Of a stretch of 43,559 bases of DNA, positions 17,243-29,100 are shown piece after piece. The translations under genes and the position numbers were made by a program. The notes below the pieces were generated by a model that searched no databases, had not been told where the DNA came from, and worked only from the letters and a program-made list of their open reading frames with translations. The stretch spans positions 1 to 43,559 of the forward strand of contig NW_012237264.1 in assembly GCF_000981445.1 (NCBI RefSeq), written 5' to 3'. Source of the DNA: Babesia bigemina. Its lineage: Eukaryota. Each line of letters opens with the position of its first letter. Position 1 is the stretch's first letter.

Positions 17243-20200
17243 ATGGGATTTTTGAGTGGAGTGCTTGGTGCGGTGAAAAACGAAAATGAAGTGACAACTT
17301 ATGATAAATACATCGAAAACAATGAGAAAAGACTTAATAAAGTAATAGAGAAACTAAATAATAAAATTGGCTCCGGGCGTACTGGGCTTGCGGAGTCTGT
17401 CGGCGCGGTGAGGGGGTGGTTGGAGGGGTATGGAAAAAAATTAGATGAAAAAACAAAAAATGTCATTACGCACTTAAAAACACTTAGCGAAAACATAGAT
17501 TCTAATATAATTAGTGTAACTGCATTGCGTGATTTTCATAGTGCCGCTAGTGGCTGGAAGAGTACCGTCATAGGCGATTTGCAGGGGACCTTAAAGGATG
17601 CCGTCGACGCCTTTGGTGAACTTGACAAAGATTTGCAGGGAACGCTTCAGACGGACATTAAGCATATTGAGGTACGAATTAATGATTTTGCAGGTATCGC
17701 AGAGAGGGATCACGAAGAACTGAGGTCTCTTGGCTCTAAGGTGATTGAGCAGTTGATGGAGCTTGATTCAGACACATCTGAATACGTCACCAAGCGAGGG
17801 CAGGTGTTGATTAATTCCATGAAGAAGACATTTGATGATGAAATAAAGCTACCTATGAGAATCTTAACACGTTCCTTATCGGACGCATATGGCGCTTTGT
17901 ATAGTTGGGGAGATGTTGCTATGAAAGTTGTAGATGCTGCTACTGTGAAAGTCGACGAAATATTGCAAGAGATTGGCGAAGGAGTTGAAGCAAGAGAAAA
18001 ACAGGCTGTACGACAGGCAGCGGAGGCGCTGCATCAAAAAGCAGGCGTGCTTCTACGCGCTATCAAGGCGGCAAAACTTAAATTAGTACAGAGGGTTCTT
18101 GGGGCGCAGAATGTAGTCCGATCAATGGATTATTCTCTGCGGACAGATTTGCATAAGTTAAAGCAAAAGATTGTGAGTGAGATGAAAAATCATGTTAAGG
18201 CGCAGATACTGGAATATATAAAAACGGAAGTTCATGAAATTAAGGGAACCAACGGTATTGAAGGTATTACTGGAAAAATGCAGAAGTATGTACAGGCCTT
18301 CAAGGACGATGCGTTCGAAGAAAAAGTAAAGGAATGGGTGAAACAAATATTGCAGGAGAATGAAGCAGTTAAGTATTGGATTACGCAGTACGTTAAGTAC
18401 AATGAAAGTAAAGGTAGTTTACAGTCGGATTATATAAATGTGACCAGGGATGGTATTAAGGACGAAAAGGCCGAAGAAATTGCAGGTATAATCACAGGAA
18501 AGATAAAAGATAGCGTCATTGCACCATCTGTTAAAGAATTCAAAGAACTGTTTCAACGAATTGACGCAGGCGGTGCTAGTAAGATTCAAGAACATATTGA
18601 AGCTGTTAAGGGAGGTTTGAAAAGTTTTGTAGCCCAACTCGGAAAATATATTACTGAACATTCTATGAATGTGGGAGAGATAGTTACAGCTGTTGAGGGG
18701 GTGCTTAAGAGCAAAAGTAATATTGGGGAATACGGCAATTACAATCTTAGGTCTGCTATTGAAAATATCGTAGCTGCTGTGCAATCATCTGCTAGTCGGA
18801 TTGCAGAAGAGATGGAAGCGTTTACAGGTGATACTGCTCCAATGGTAGGAAGCTGCGTGGATAAAGCGTTAGAAAAAACCACCGCACTTTTGCAGAATCT
18901 GCTAAACGCTACTATCGATCCACCTGGTTCCACTTTTGCGCATAGCTCAGCGCCTAGAGTAAATCTTGCTGAGGAGATTGATAAAATTGCTGATAAAGTC
19001 AAGGAGCAATTGCCGGATGGCGGTACTGACCACGATACTAAAGACACCGTTGATTTACTCAAAGCCGATAGAAGCTTCGTAGGTTATAAAACCTACATTG
19101 AACCCAAGGTGATCACTTCATTTTTCACAATTCCTCCAACCGGGGCGCTCCCAGATGCAATAAACGAGATAGAAAAACAAGTTAATGAAGACCTCGATAA
19201 TATTGAAGACAGTAACGGTCATATGATTACTGTAGAAGCAATAAAGGGTGCTCTAGCACTGTTTCAATCACAATTTAGAAGCTTCGCAAGCATCATATGT
19301 GTGTTGGTTGATCATAATGGCATACCAAATGGTGATGGCCCAAATAACAAAAGAGGCGTGAAACAATTATTAAGAGATTTGAATGAGATGTGCATTAGCA
19401 AAACCGCTGGCGGACTCTATGGCGTAGAGTGTGATTTAGCTAAAATCCTAACGAAAATTGATGGGATCCTATGTAAGGATTCAACTCACAATCTTAACAA
19501 ACTCATCGCCGCCGCTGGCGAATTCCATAAGACAACAATCGCAACAAGAGTGAATCAATGTGTTAGCAAAATGACCGATTTCATCCACGATCAAGTTAAC
19601 TTGAGAATCAATCTGATCATGTGCGATGCCTTAAGCCGGTACGTTAACAATGCGAAGCAGCAGTTGATGGAACTGAACACTTTGGTCAAAAATAAGATAA
19701 GGGAATTTGACGTTATAATTAAAAAAGATTTGACCACCAAAATGAAAGGACTGATGCTAACTCTTAGCGGCGTTCGGGTGGATTCGCAACGTTCCAAACC
19801 GAATAAGCTTGATGCTCTGAAAAGTGCCGTGACTGGATCCGATATGGATTTCGCTACTCAATTTCAAGTATTATCCGACAAATCGGAGAGATATCTGAAC
19901 TCGATTGTTACTTACGTATGGAACGATCTGGGGAAAGCGACGGACTCCCAAACTCGAGATGCTCACGTCTCAATGGTTGTAAAACTAAGAGACTCCGTTT
20001 ACAAGTTGCTCACCCACCTCAAGAACAATTTCAGTAAAACTTCTAACTTCGATCTTCATTTTGTTAATTTGCATGATGAGCTCAAAATGATCCTCGAAGG
20101 ATTAATTCCTGTGGAGTTTGGCGCCACGTCCTATCCCATCCTCGACGCTCTTAAAAGCGGTTTGACCGAGCTAGCAAATGAGTTAGACAACACATATGTT

Positions 20201-22432
20201 AACAAATACTCGGGAGCTAACGACATAACTTGGGAAGAGAGTCGAGGTTCAGCCGGTAAGAGGAAATTAACAGTTGACGGTCGAAAGTGCGCCAAAGTAT
20301 GCCTTACAATAGTTCCGATGCTAACCGACGGATTGAAGGAGCTGAAAGATGGGCTTGAGGATGAAGGTTGGCAAGAGTACAAAATATATAATGATTCCAA
20401 CTCCAACCACAGCTTACATAGACGCTTCTTCACCGAGAACGGATATGACGTCGGTGTCTCCATCGGTTCCAAGTACGGCGAATTGAATCACAATGACGAG
20501 TGCAATGGCCAGCGTATTCTTGGTCATCTAATGCATCAGTCTTACAAATTATTTACTTCCAGCTCCACCCAACAGCGTTCTCTACCTGCTACCGATGACA
20601 TCTCCGTCGTGGAGGTTGAGGAGGGCGGTCGACTCTCGGACCTATTTAGCCACCTTTACAACTACTTCCGCGTCTGCCACCTCGGCGCTCCCTCGAAGAA
20701 ACACCCGTGCTCCGTTAACGAGATGCTGTGCTGGCTGACCGGACTGCCACACAATGGCGTATATGAGAAGCTGCGGAAACATGTCAAAACGCTCTTCGAA
20801 GTGCCGGATGAAAACGATCCAACTAAGAAAAACATCGAACCCATCAATGCCTCTCCTCAGCGCATTACGCATGACAATGTCAATACCGTTATCGAACAAG
20901 TCTGTGCCAAGTCCTACGCCCTGCTGACCACATTCGTCGGCACAGGTGACGAGGCAACGTACTACGCGTGTGAGTTCCCTAACAACACGCTTGGTTTGCA
21001 GTATCCATCCAATCCAGCCGACTGCCTCGACACGCTGCTAGACATACTCCGTCGCATAATCCCGCCGTTGAAATTCCTGTTCATGCAATGCGGCCAGCCA
21101 GCGTCTGAAAATGGTTGGTTGCGCTGCCTGTACGGCAAGAATGTAGCGTCCTCCAAGTGGCCGTGCAAGGAGCACTCAAAGAGCAAATCAAAGTGCGAAG
21201 CAAAATGCCAACCAACGTGCGGACCAACGTGCCAACCAAATTGCCGGCCAACGTCTCCACTTCAGTCCTACCTATCCGACTCTCTCACCGGCCATCTGCC
21301 GCATTCTCTAACGTCCATCGGCTGCAGAGCTGAGTGTAATACATGTCCTAAGGGTAAGCCAGGGATGCCCTGTATCACTCCGCTCGGGTTCCGTGGCTTC
21401 TCCGGGTCGACCAAGACAGGCTCCTACCTGTCCGCAGTCATCGGGGATTTCTTAGATATTGCAAATATTCATACCCTGTTTGGCCTATCACCTACAACGC
21501 CAAAGACGCTGCCGGAACACTTCGATTTTGTTTCGTGTCTTGTGCGTGGGTGGCATAATAGTACAAACAAATACCGTAAGGTTGGAGTCCAAGAAGCATT
21601 CGAGAACTCCGCCCGCAGCTTGTCCATCAAGCTGTATAAGCAGCCTCACGAGCTTACTGATGCGCTGCGTTATGCCTATGGTGACACGAAGGCTGCTAAG
21701 GTTGAGCTTATCCATAAACCTCCACATGCTACGTTGGCAACTCTGTCGATGATAACATCAAATGACCCTAACCAAAAGGCATATTGTTCTCCTTATATGT
21801 TACCTCTCTGCACAAATGCCTACACGTGTCTGCCATTCAAGAACTCTAATACGTATCTCTCCTGGGCCATCTACCTCCCGTGGACATTCTGGGACCTGCT
21901 CAACAATCTATACAAGGCCTTCTGCTCCATCAACTGCCAGGACTGGGGATGCCGTGGATGTCTACGTGGTGATAAGTGTAAGAAGGGGGAGCATGGATCT
22001 GTCAACGACGTTACGAAGAAATGTAACTGCCAATGCAGATCCATCGTTGACTGCAAAGGCGTGGCACCAACGCTCTACCAGTTCGGTTTCGCCTTTGGTG
22101 AGGCGTCGACGTTGAATGACAAAGCATCGCCGAAAAGGTGCTCTGATTTCTGTAGTCAATTGAAGAATGTTTTAAAATCGAAATATTTCGAAAAATTGTT
22201 TGAAGAATGTGACAACTTCCTCTGGATCATCAGACAACCCTTCTCCTACCTTGTCCTCGCTCTCTGGCTCCTCTCTTTCCTGTACCTCCTACACATCATG
22301 GTCATCCGCCTCGACCTGCTCCACATCAAATCGCATTTGCATAGTCCCTCGAGTCATCGTATTGCTGCTCAATCACTACTTGCAGCCGCACGTGTTAACA
22401 AACTGGGCAAAGTGTTTTATCTGCAACCATAA
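17243..22432 (+). CDS. ves: VESA-like variant erythrocyte surface antigen, copy 3 (subtype B); upstream ATG 16964 is interrupted by TAA 17087-17089
   Basis: Long ORF with the family motifs and …YLQP* end. The first ATG after the stop is 17243 (MGFLSGVL); 17207 in the ORF track is a GTG. It could be a silent cassette or pseudogene. Confidence 0.85.
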   Translation: MGFLSGVLGAVKNENEVTTYDKYIENNEKRLNKVIEKLNNKIGSGRTGLAESVGAVRGWLEGYGKKLDEKTKNVITHLKTLSENIDSNIISVTALRDFHSAASGWKSTVIGDLQGTLKDAVDAFGELDKDLQGTLQTDIKHIEVRINDFAGIAERDHEELRSLGSKVIEQLMELDSDTSEYVTKRGQVLINSMKKTFDDEIKLPMRILTRSLSDAYGALYSWGDVAMKVVDAATVKVDEILQEIGEGVEAREKQAVRQAAEALHQKAGVLLRAIKAAKLKLVQRVLGAQNVVRSMDYSLRTDLHKLKQKIVSEMKNHVKAQILEYIKTEVHEIKGTNGIEGITGKMQKYVQAFKDDAFEEKVKEWVKQILQENEAVKYWITQYVKYNESKGSLQSDYINVTRDGIKDEKAEEIAGIITGKIKDSVIAPSVKEFKELFQRIDAGGASKIQEHIEAVKGGLKSFVAQLGKYITEHSMNVGEIVTAVEGVLKSKSNIGEYGNYNLRSAIENIVAAVQSSASRIAEEMEAFTGDTAPMVGSCVDKALEKTTALLQNLLNATIDPPGSTFAHSSAPRVNLAEEIDKIADKVKEQLPDGGTDHDTKDTVDLLKADRSFVGYKTYIEPKVITSFFTIPPTGALPDAINEIEKQVNEDLDNIEDSNGHMITVEAIKGALALFQSQFRSFASIICVLVDHNGIPNGDGPNNKRGVKQLLRDLNEMCISKTAGGLYGVECDLAKILTKIDGILCKDSTHNLNKLIAAAGEFHKTTIATRVNQCVSKMTDFIHDQVNLRINLIMCDALSRYVNNAKQQLMELNTLVKNKIREFDVIIKKDLTTKMKGLMLTLSGVRVDSQRSKPNKLDALKSAVTGSDMDFATQFQVLSDKSERYLNSIVTYVWNDLGKATDSQTRDAHVSMVVKLRDSVYKLLTHLKNNFSKTSNFDLHFVNLHDELKMILEGLIPVEFGATSYPILDALKSGLTELANELDNTYVNKYSGANDITWEESRGSAGKRKLTVDGRKCAKVCLTIVPMLTDGLKELKDGLEDEGWQEYKIYNDSNSNHSLHRRFFTENGYDVGVSIGSKYGELNHNDECNGQRILGHLMHQSYKLFTSSSTQQRSLPATDDISVVEVEEGGRLSDLFSHLYNYFRVCHLGAPSKKHPCSVNEMLCWLTGLPHNGVYEKLRKHVKTLFEVPDENDPTKKNIEPINASPQRITHDNVNTVIEQVCAKSYALLTTFVGTGDEATYYACEFPNNTLGLQYPSNPADCLDTLLDILRRIIPPLKFLFMQCGQPASENGWLRCLYGKNVASSKWPCKEHSKSKSKCEAKCQPTCGPTCQPNCRPTSPLQSYLSDSLTGHLPHSLTSIGCRAECNTCPKGKPGMPCITPLGFRGFSGSTKTGSYLSAVIGDFLDIANIHTLFGLSPTTPKTLPEHFDFVSCLVRGWHNSTNKYRKVGVQEAFENSARSLSIKLYKQPHELTDALRYAYGDTKAAKVELIHKPPHATLATLSMITSNDPNQKAYCSPYMLPLCTNAYTCLPFKNSNTYLSWAIYLPWTFWDLLNNLYKAFCSINCQDWGCRGCLRGDKCKKGEHGSVNDVTKKCNCQCRSIVDCKGVAPTLYQFGFAFGEASTLNDKASPKRCSDFCSQLKNVLKSKYFEKLFEECDNFLWIIRQPFSYLVLALWLLSFLYLLHIMVIRLDLLHIKSHLHSPSSHRIAAQSLLAAARVNKLGKVFYLQP

Positions 22433-22556
22433 TCGTACCCACCTGTTTACTACCTACACTCACCTAGCATCACCTACTCACCTAACTTATGAATTGTGCT
22501 TTAATCTGTTATATCACTCATTAATCGTTGTATGTGATTGTGTAATAGTTAACTAA

Positions 22557-22727
22557 AGTGTTGACCAATGTGCTGATCAATGTGCTGACCAATGCCATGA
22601 CCAAAGTGCTGACCAATGCCATGACCAGAGTGCTGACCAAGGTGCTGACCAACCTGGTGACCAATGTGCTGACCAGAGTGCTGACCAATGCCATGACCAA
22701 AGTGGTGACCAAGCACCTGACCAAGTT
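22557..22727 (+). repeat. 12-bp tandem array
   Basis: GTGCTGACCAA / GCCATGACCAA units. Confidence 0.93.
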
Positions 22728-22728
22728 G

Positions 22729-22771
22729 ATGGTCACGGCAGCGATGACATGGTCACGGCAGCGATGACATG
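22729..22771 (+). repeat. 20-bp tandem array (2 copies)
   Basis: ATGGTCACGGCAGCGATGAC x2. Confidence 0.9.
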
Positions 22772-22793
22772 GTGACCAAAGTGGTGATTATAA

Positions 22794-25700
22794 CCCACTC
22801 TACATCGCCCCTTAACCCACTCTACATCGCTCCCTAACCCACTCTACATCGCCCCTTTATCCACTCTACATCGCCCCTTAACCCACTCCACATCGCCCCT
22901 TTATCCACTCCACATCGCCCCTTTATCCACTCTACATCGCTCCTTTAACCACTCCACATCGCTCCTTAATCCACTCTACATCGCCCCTTTACCCACTCCA
23001 CATCGCTCCCTAACCCACTCCACATCGCTCCTGAATCCACTCTACATCGCCCCTTTACCCACTCCACATCGCTCCCTAACCCACTCTACATCGCCCCTAA
23101 TCCACTCTACATCGCCCCTTTACCCACTCTACATCGCTCACTAACCCACTCTTCATCGCCCCTTAACCCACTCTTCATCGCTCCCTAACCCACTCCACAT
23201 CGCTCCCTAACCCACTCCACATCGCCCCTTAACCCACTCTACATCGCTCCCTAACCCACTCTACATCGCCCCTTAACCCACTCTACATCGCTCCCTAACC
23301 CACTCTACATCGCTCCCTAACCCACTCTACATCGCCCCTTAATCCACTCCACATCGCTCCTTTACCCACTCTACATCGCTCCTTTATCCACTCTACATCG
23401 CTCCTTAACCCACTCCACATCGCCCCTTTACCCACTCCACATCGCCCCTCTATCCACTCTACATCGCCCCTTTACCCACTCCACATCGCCCCTAATCCAC
23501 TCTACATCGCCCCTTAACCCACTCCACATCGCCCCTTTATCCACTCCACATCGCCCCTTTATCCACTCTACATCGCTCCTTTAACCACTCCACATCGCTC
23601 CTTAATCCACTCTACATCGCCCCTTTACCCACTCCACATCGCTCCCTAACCCACTCCACATCGCTCCTGAATCCACTCTACATCGCCCCTTTACCCACTC
23701 CACATCGCTCCCTAACCCACTCTACATCGCCCCTAATCCACTCTACATCGCCCCTTTACCCACTCTACATCGCTCACTAACCCACTCTTCATCGCCCCTT
23801 AACCCACTCTTCATCGCTCCCTAACCCACTCCACATCGCCCCTTAATCCACTCTACATCGCTTCCTAACACACTCTACATCGCCCCTTAATCCACTCTAC
23901 ATCGCCCCTTAATCCACTCCACATCGCTCCCTAACCCACTCTACATCGCTCCCTAACCCACCCTTCATCGCCCCTTAACCCACTCTAGATCGCCCCTTAA
24001 CCCACTCTACATCGCCCCTTAACCCACTCTACATCGCTCCTTAACCCACTCTACATCGCCCCTTTATCCATCTACATCGCCCCTTTATCCACTCTACATC
24101 GCTCCCTAATCCACTCTTCATCGCTCCTTATCCACCTTACATCGCCCCTTAACCCACTCTACATCGCCCCTTTATCCACTCTACATCGCTCCTTTATCCA
24201 CTCTACATCGCTCCTTAACCCACTCCACATCGCTCCCTAACCCACTCTACATCGCCCCTTACCCACTCTACATCGCTCCCTAACCCACTCTACATCGCCC
24301 CTTACCCACTCTACATCGCCCCTTTACCCACTCCACATCGCCCCTTTATCCATTCTACATCGCCCCTTTACCCACTCTACATCGCTCCTTTATCCACTCT
24401 ACATCGCCCCTTTACCCACTCCACATCGCTTTTTAATCCACTCCACATCGCCCCTTTATCCACTCTACATCGCCCCTTACTCCACTCTTCATCGCTCCCT
24501 TACCCACTCTACATCGCCCCTTTATCCACTCCACATCGCTCCTTTATCCACTCTACATCGCCCCTTTATCCACTCTACATCGCCAATTAACCCTCTCTAC
24601 ATCGCTCCTCTATCCACTCTACATCGCCCCTTTATCCACTCTACATCGCCCCTTAACCCACTCCACATTGCCCCTTAACCCACTCTACATCGCTCCCTAA
24701 CCCACTCTTCATCGCTCCTTAACCCACTCTACATCGCCCCTTAACCCACTCTACATCGCCCCTTAACCCACTCTACATCGCCCCTTTATCCACTCCACAT
24801 CGCTCCCTAACCCACTCTACATCGCTCCTTTACCCACTCTACATCGCCCCTTTATCCACTCCACATCGCTCCCTAATCCACTCCACATCGCCCCTTTATC
24901 CACTCTACATCGCCCCTTTATCCACTCCACATCGCTCCTTAACCCACTCTACATCGCCCCTTAACCCACTCTACATCGCCCCTTTAACCACTATACATCG
25001 CTCCCTAACCCACTCTACATCGCTCCTTAACCCACTCTACATCGCCCCTTTACCCACTCTACATCGCCCCTTTACTAACTCTACATCGCTCCTTACCCAC
25101 TCTACATCGCTCCTTTATCCACTCTACATCGCTCCCTAACCCACTCCACATCGCTCCCTAACCCACTCCACATCGCCCCTTTGACCACTCCACATCGCCC
25201 CTTTATCCACTCTACATCGCTCCCTAACCCACTCTACATCGCCCCTTTATCCACTCCACATCGCTCCCTAACCCACTCTACATCGCTCCTTTACCCACTC
25301 TACATCGCCCCTTTATCCACTCCACATCGCTCCCTAATCCACTCCACATCGCCCCTTTATCCACTCTACATCGCCCCTTAACCCACTCCACATCGCTCCT
25401 TTACCCACTCTACATCGCTCCCTTATCCACTCTACATCGCCCCTTTATCCACTCTACATCGCCCCTTAACCCACTCTACATCGCCCCTTATCCACTCTAC
25501 ATCGCTCCCTAACCCACTCTCCATCGCCCCTTTATCCACTCCACATCGCCCCTTTATCCACTCTACATCGCCCCTTTATCCATTCCACATCGCTCCTTTA
25601 TCCACTCCACATCGCCCCTTTATCCACTCTACATCGCCCCTTTATCCACTCCACATCGCTCCCTAACCCACTCCACATCGCCCCTTATCCACTCTACATC

Positions 25701-26097
25701 GTTCCTTATCCACTCCACATCGCCCCCTAATCCACTCTACATCGCTCCCTTATCCACTCCACATCGCTCCCTTATCCACTCTACATCGCCCCTTCATCCA
25801 TTCCACATCGCCCCTTTAACCACTCTACATCGCCCCTTTATCCACTCCACATCGCTCCTTAACCCACTCTACATCGCTCCCTAACCCACTCTACATCGCC
25901 CCTTAACCCACTCTACATCGTCCCTTTACCCACTCTACATCGCCCCTTTATCCACTCTACATCGCTCCTTAACCCACTCCACATCGCCCCTTTATCCACT
26001 CTACATCGCCCCTTTATCCACTCTACATCGCTCCCTTACCCACCTTACATCGCTCCCTTATCCACTCTACATCGCCCCTTAACCCACCTGACATCGC
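22794..26097 (+). repeat. 22-bp C-rich minisatellite array (~3.3 kb)
   Basis: Longest array; contains an internal duplication at offset 636. Confidence 0.97.
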
Positions 26098-26123
26098 TTT
26101 AATCACCTCGCCTCAATACCGCT

Positions 26124-29100
26124 ATGACCTCTTTAGACCACAATAATAACTTGTGCCTTGTCCCCCTTCACTTCCCCTCTTCCACCTCTTGCCACTGCCC
26201 TGACCATGTGCCTCTCAGGGAGCTTGGCAAGAAATTTGATGAAATTCAAAACCTTAAAATTACCTCAAATAACAACCCTACTAACATCCTTAATAACCTC
26301 TGCACTGGCCTCGAAACCTTCCTCGGCTTCAACCCAGAATCCAAAGGCTACGACGGCAGTGGCATTGTGTACTCCGACTTGGATAGGCTGTGTGACGGGG
26401 TGATGGGATTTTTGAGTGGTGTGCTTGGTGCGGTGAAAAACACTCAGACATACAATGTAGGTAGAAAAACATTACAAAACCTGGTAAGTAATGAAATTAA
26501 CAAACATCTTTGCTCAGGTCACGAGGGCTTTAAAACGCTTTTCGACGAGTTGCCTCAGCGCACCGCGGCGTATAACAGTGAAGTGGACCAGGGGAATGAG
26601 AGGGTGAAGAGGCCGATAAAAAAACTGATAAACCACGTAAATGACGATACGAAATGGAAAAAAAGTTTGAAACAAATTTTAGAAGATGAAAAGGTTAATG
26701 ACCCCGACACAATTGAGAGGCTTTACCGTGAAGTCAATGACAGGTTGGCCGAGTGTAAGACTTTTGCAAACACGTATAATGTAGCTTTTAATTTAGAAGT
26801 AGACAGACAAATGAGAGACGCAGTTAATGATCTTAATGACAAATTGAGAAACGATGTAAAAAATGCTTCGAAAGCAGTCAAACATGAAACAAAGCGACTT
26901 GAACAGTTGGCGCAGAAAGAGTGGGAGGACTATAAATACATGAAGAAATCGGTGAGAGTAACAATGGACACTTTAAAATTAAAAGTGAATGGTGAGATAA
27001 AATACCAGGTGGATGAACTTGTTAAGCGTTTGAAATTGAAGGTTCAGCAAATTAAAACTAAGCTGGAAACAATAAAAACATCACTTGAAGAGTACATCCT
27101 AAACTTGACTAAGTGGAAGGAAGCGGGTGCGGAGGCTGTAAAACTGGCGAAGAAGCAATGCGGTGTGATTGTTGAGAAGTTGAATGGAGGAGATACTGAG
27201 AAAGACGCTGGCACTAAAGGTGGCGTAAAATATGCAGCGGAGCAGCTGAGAGAGAAGGCGGAGGAGCTTAGGGGGAAGGCGTACGCGGCTAAGACGCAGG
27301 TTGAAGGTTTGGTGCTGGCGGCCATAGGGGCTGTAAAGGACATGGACAGGACTCTTAAGGATGAGTTGGCGGCGGTGAAAAGTCAGATTAAGATTAAGCT
27401 GGATCAATATATCAAGAACAAGTTTATCGATCAGATTAGGGATGCGCTTGAGGGCATGACGGATAAGATTGCTCGACGGAACGGTCAAAATGCAAAACCC
27501 GAGGGCCATTTAGAAAGAATAGTTACTGGTGTAAGCGAATATGCGCGTTTGTTTGAACAGAAATTCAAGGCGGCAATAGTGGAATTAATTGGACGTTTGG
27601 TGGAGAGTGAGGGAATAAGGACGTATATTTACTGGTATGTCAGTGATGTTGCCAATAAGAGTACTTTGAGGGGGACGGATGAGAACGAAAAACTTGACGC
27701 AGTGAAGAGAACCATTCAGGAGTACATGAAGCATAATATTCAATATTATGTCGATACAGCTGCCCAGTCAGCCGGGCTTAGAGACGCCATCGAAGACTTG
27801 AGTCAACTTGTAGGAAGTTTTAGAATTTTTTCCAGGGATATCGAGAAGGAAATTAGAGTTCAGCTTAATGCTAATACCGTTACATCCACACTCGCAGGCA
27901 TGGTGACAACTAACGACTTACCAACAACCAGTAATGGCTTTCTGAATTCCGCCATCGAAATGATCGTATCAACAGTCAGCACCTTCAGTAAACATATGTG
28001 TCAAGAAGTCAAACTGTTGATTGAGACGGCTAATATTGCTGACTTGCAAAGAGCAATGGATAAGGTTAAGGGGCTCGGGCAGAGCCTCAAGGGAGAACTT
28101 AAAACAATTGGCTCGACGAACCTCTCCACCCAATATGATACAAAACTCATAGAAATACTTAATGGCCAACTGCCAGAAAAAAGCGGTACAGTCGACGTTG
28201 TTTCTTCGGCAAGTCTTGTAGCATACCGTTCCCATGTGAACACCGCATTCGGTGAACCAACCGGTAAACTTCCTTCAGCGATCAACAATATCCAGAAGCA
28301 AGGACTTGCATCGCTCGCAGAGCTGGTTAATGAACCTGGCAATGATGACACAATAGGCACTCAGACTTTTAACAAATTGCGCGCCACCGTCGACTCCAAC
28401 CTCGAAAAATTCACCACCGGCGTCAAGGACCTCGTCAAAAAGGAAAACACCGGCACCGACAAAGACAGTGTCCATGCCTACCTGGAAGATTTGGGAAAGA
28501 TGCTTGAGAGAGAAGATATTGTCCAGCTCTCGGCTGATGGCTTAGCTCGTGAACATACTGTCAAAGGCATAGAGAAGATTATTGAGAATTTCACCACTCT
28601 TAAGAGCAACCTGGAAACCGGTCCCATTGCCTGGGCCAACAACTTCATCGTATTCTATGCAGACGTAGAAAGACAAGAAACCATCCGACTACTGGCACAA
28701 TATGTTGACACCGAAGCCCAAAAGACTCAAACCACCCTCACCACTCTTGCGCGGAAACAATACGTCACCTCCGTCAAGGCGCTCCTCACCGCGTTCGCGG
28801 AAAAGGTCAGCGAGGAGTTGGCGCCGTTGCCGGCGGAGATTGATGAGGATCTGACGATCGGGTTCAAGGGGTTGATGAGGGTTATGGGAGGGGTTAGTAG
28901 TGATACTGGTAAGCCTAAAAGCGGTGCAGAAAGTTTGCTTGAAAAAATTAAAAAAGTAGCCGAGCGTTTTTCCGTTGGTTCAAGAGGTGCGATAACAACT
29001 AAAGAAAATTTCGAAGAACTATCCAAAGCATTTCAAGCATATTTTGCTCCTGTTTATCAGTACATCAATGATCAAATTAGTGCACAACTTAGAAGTAATC

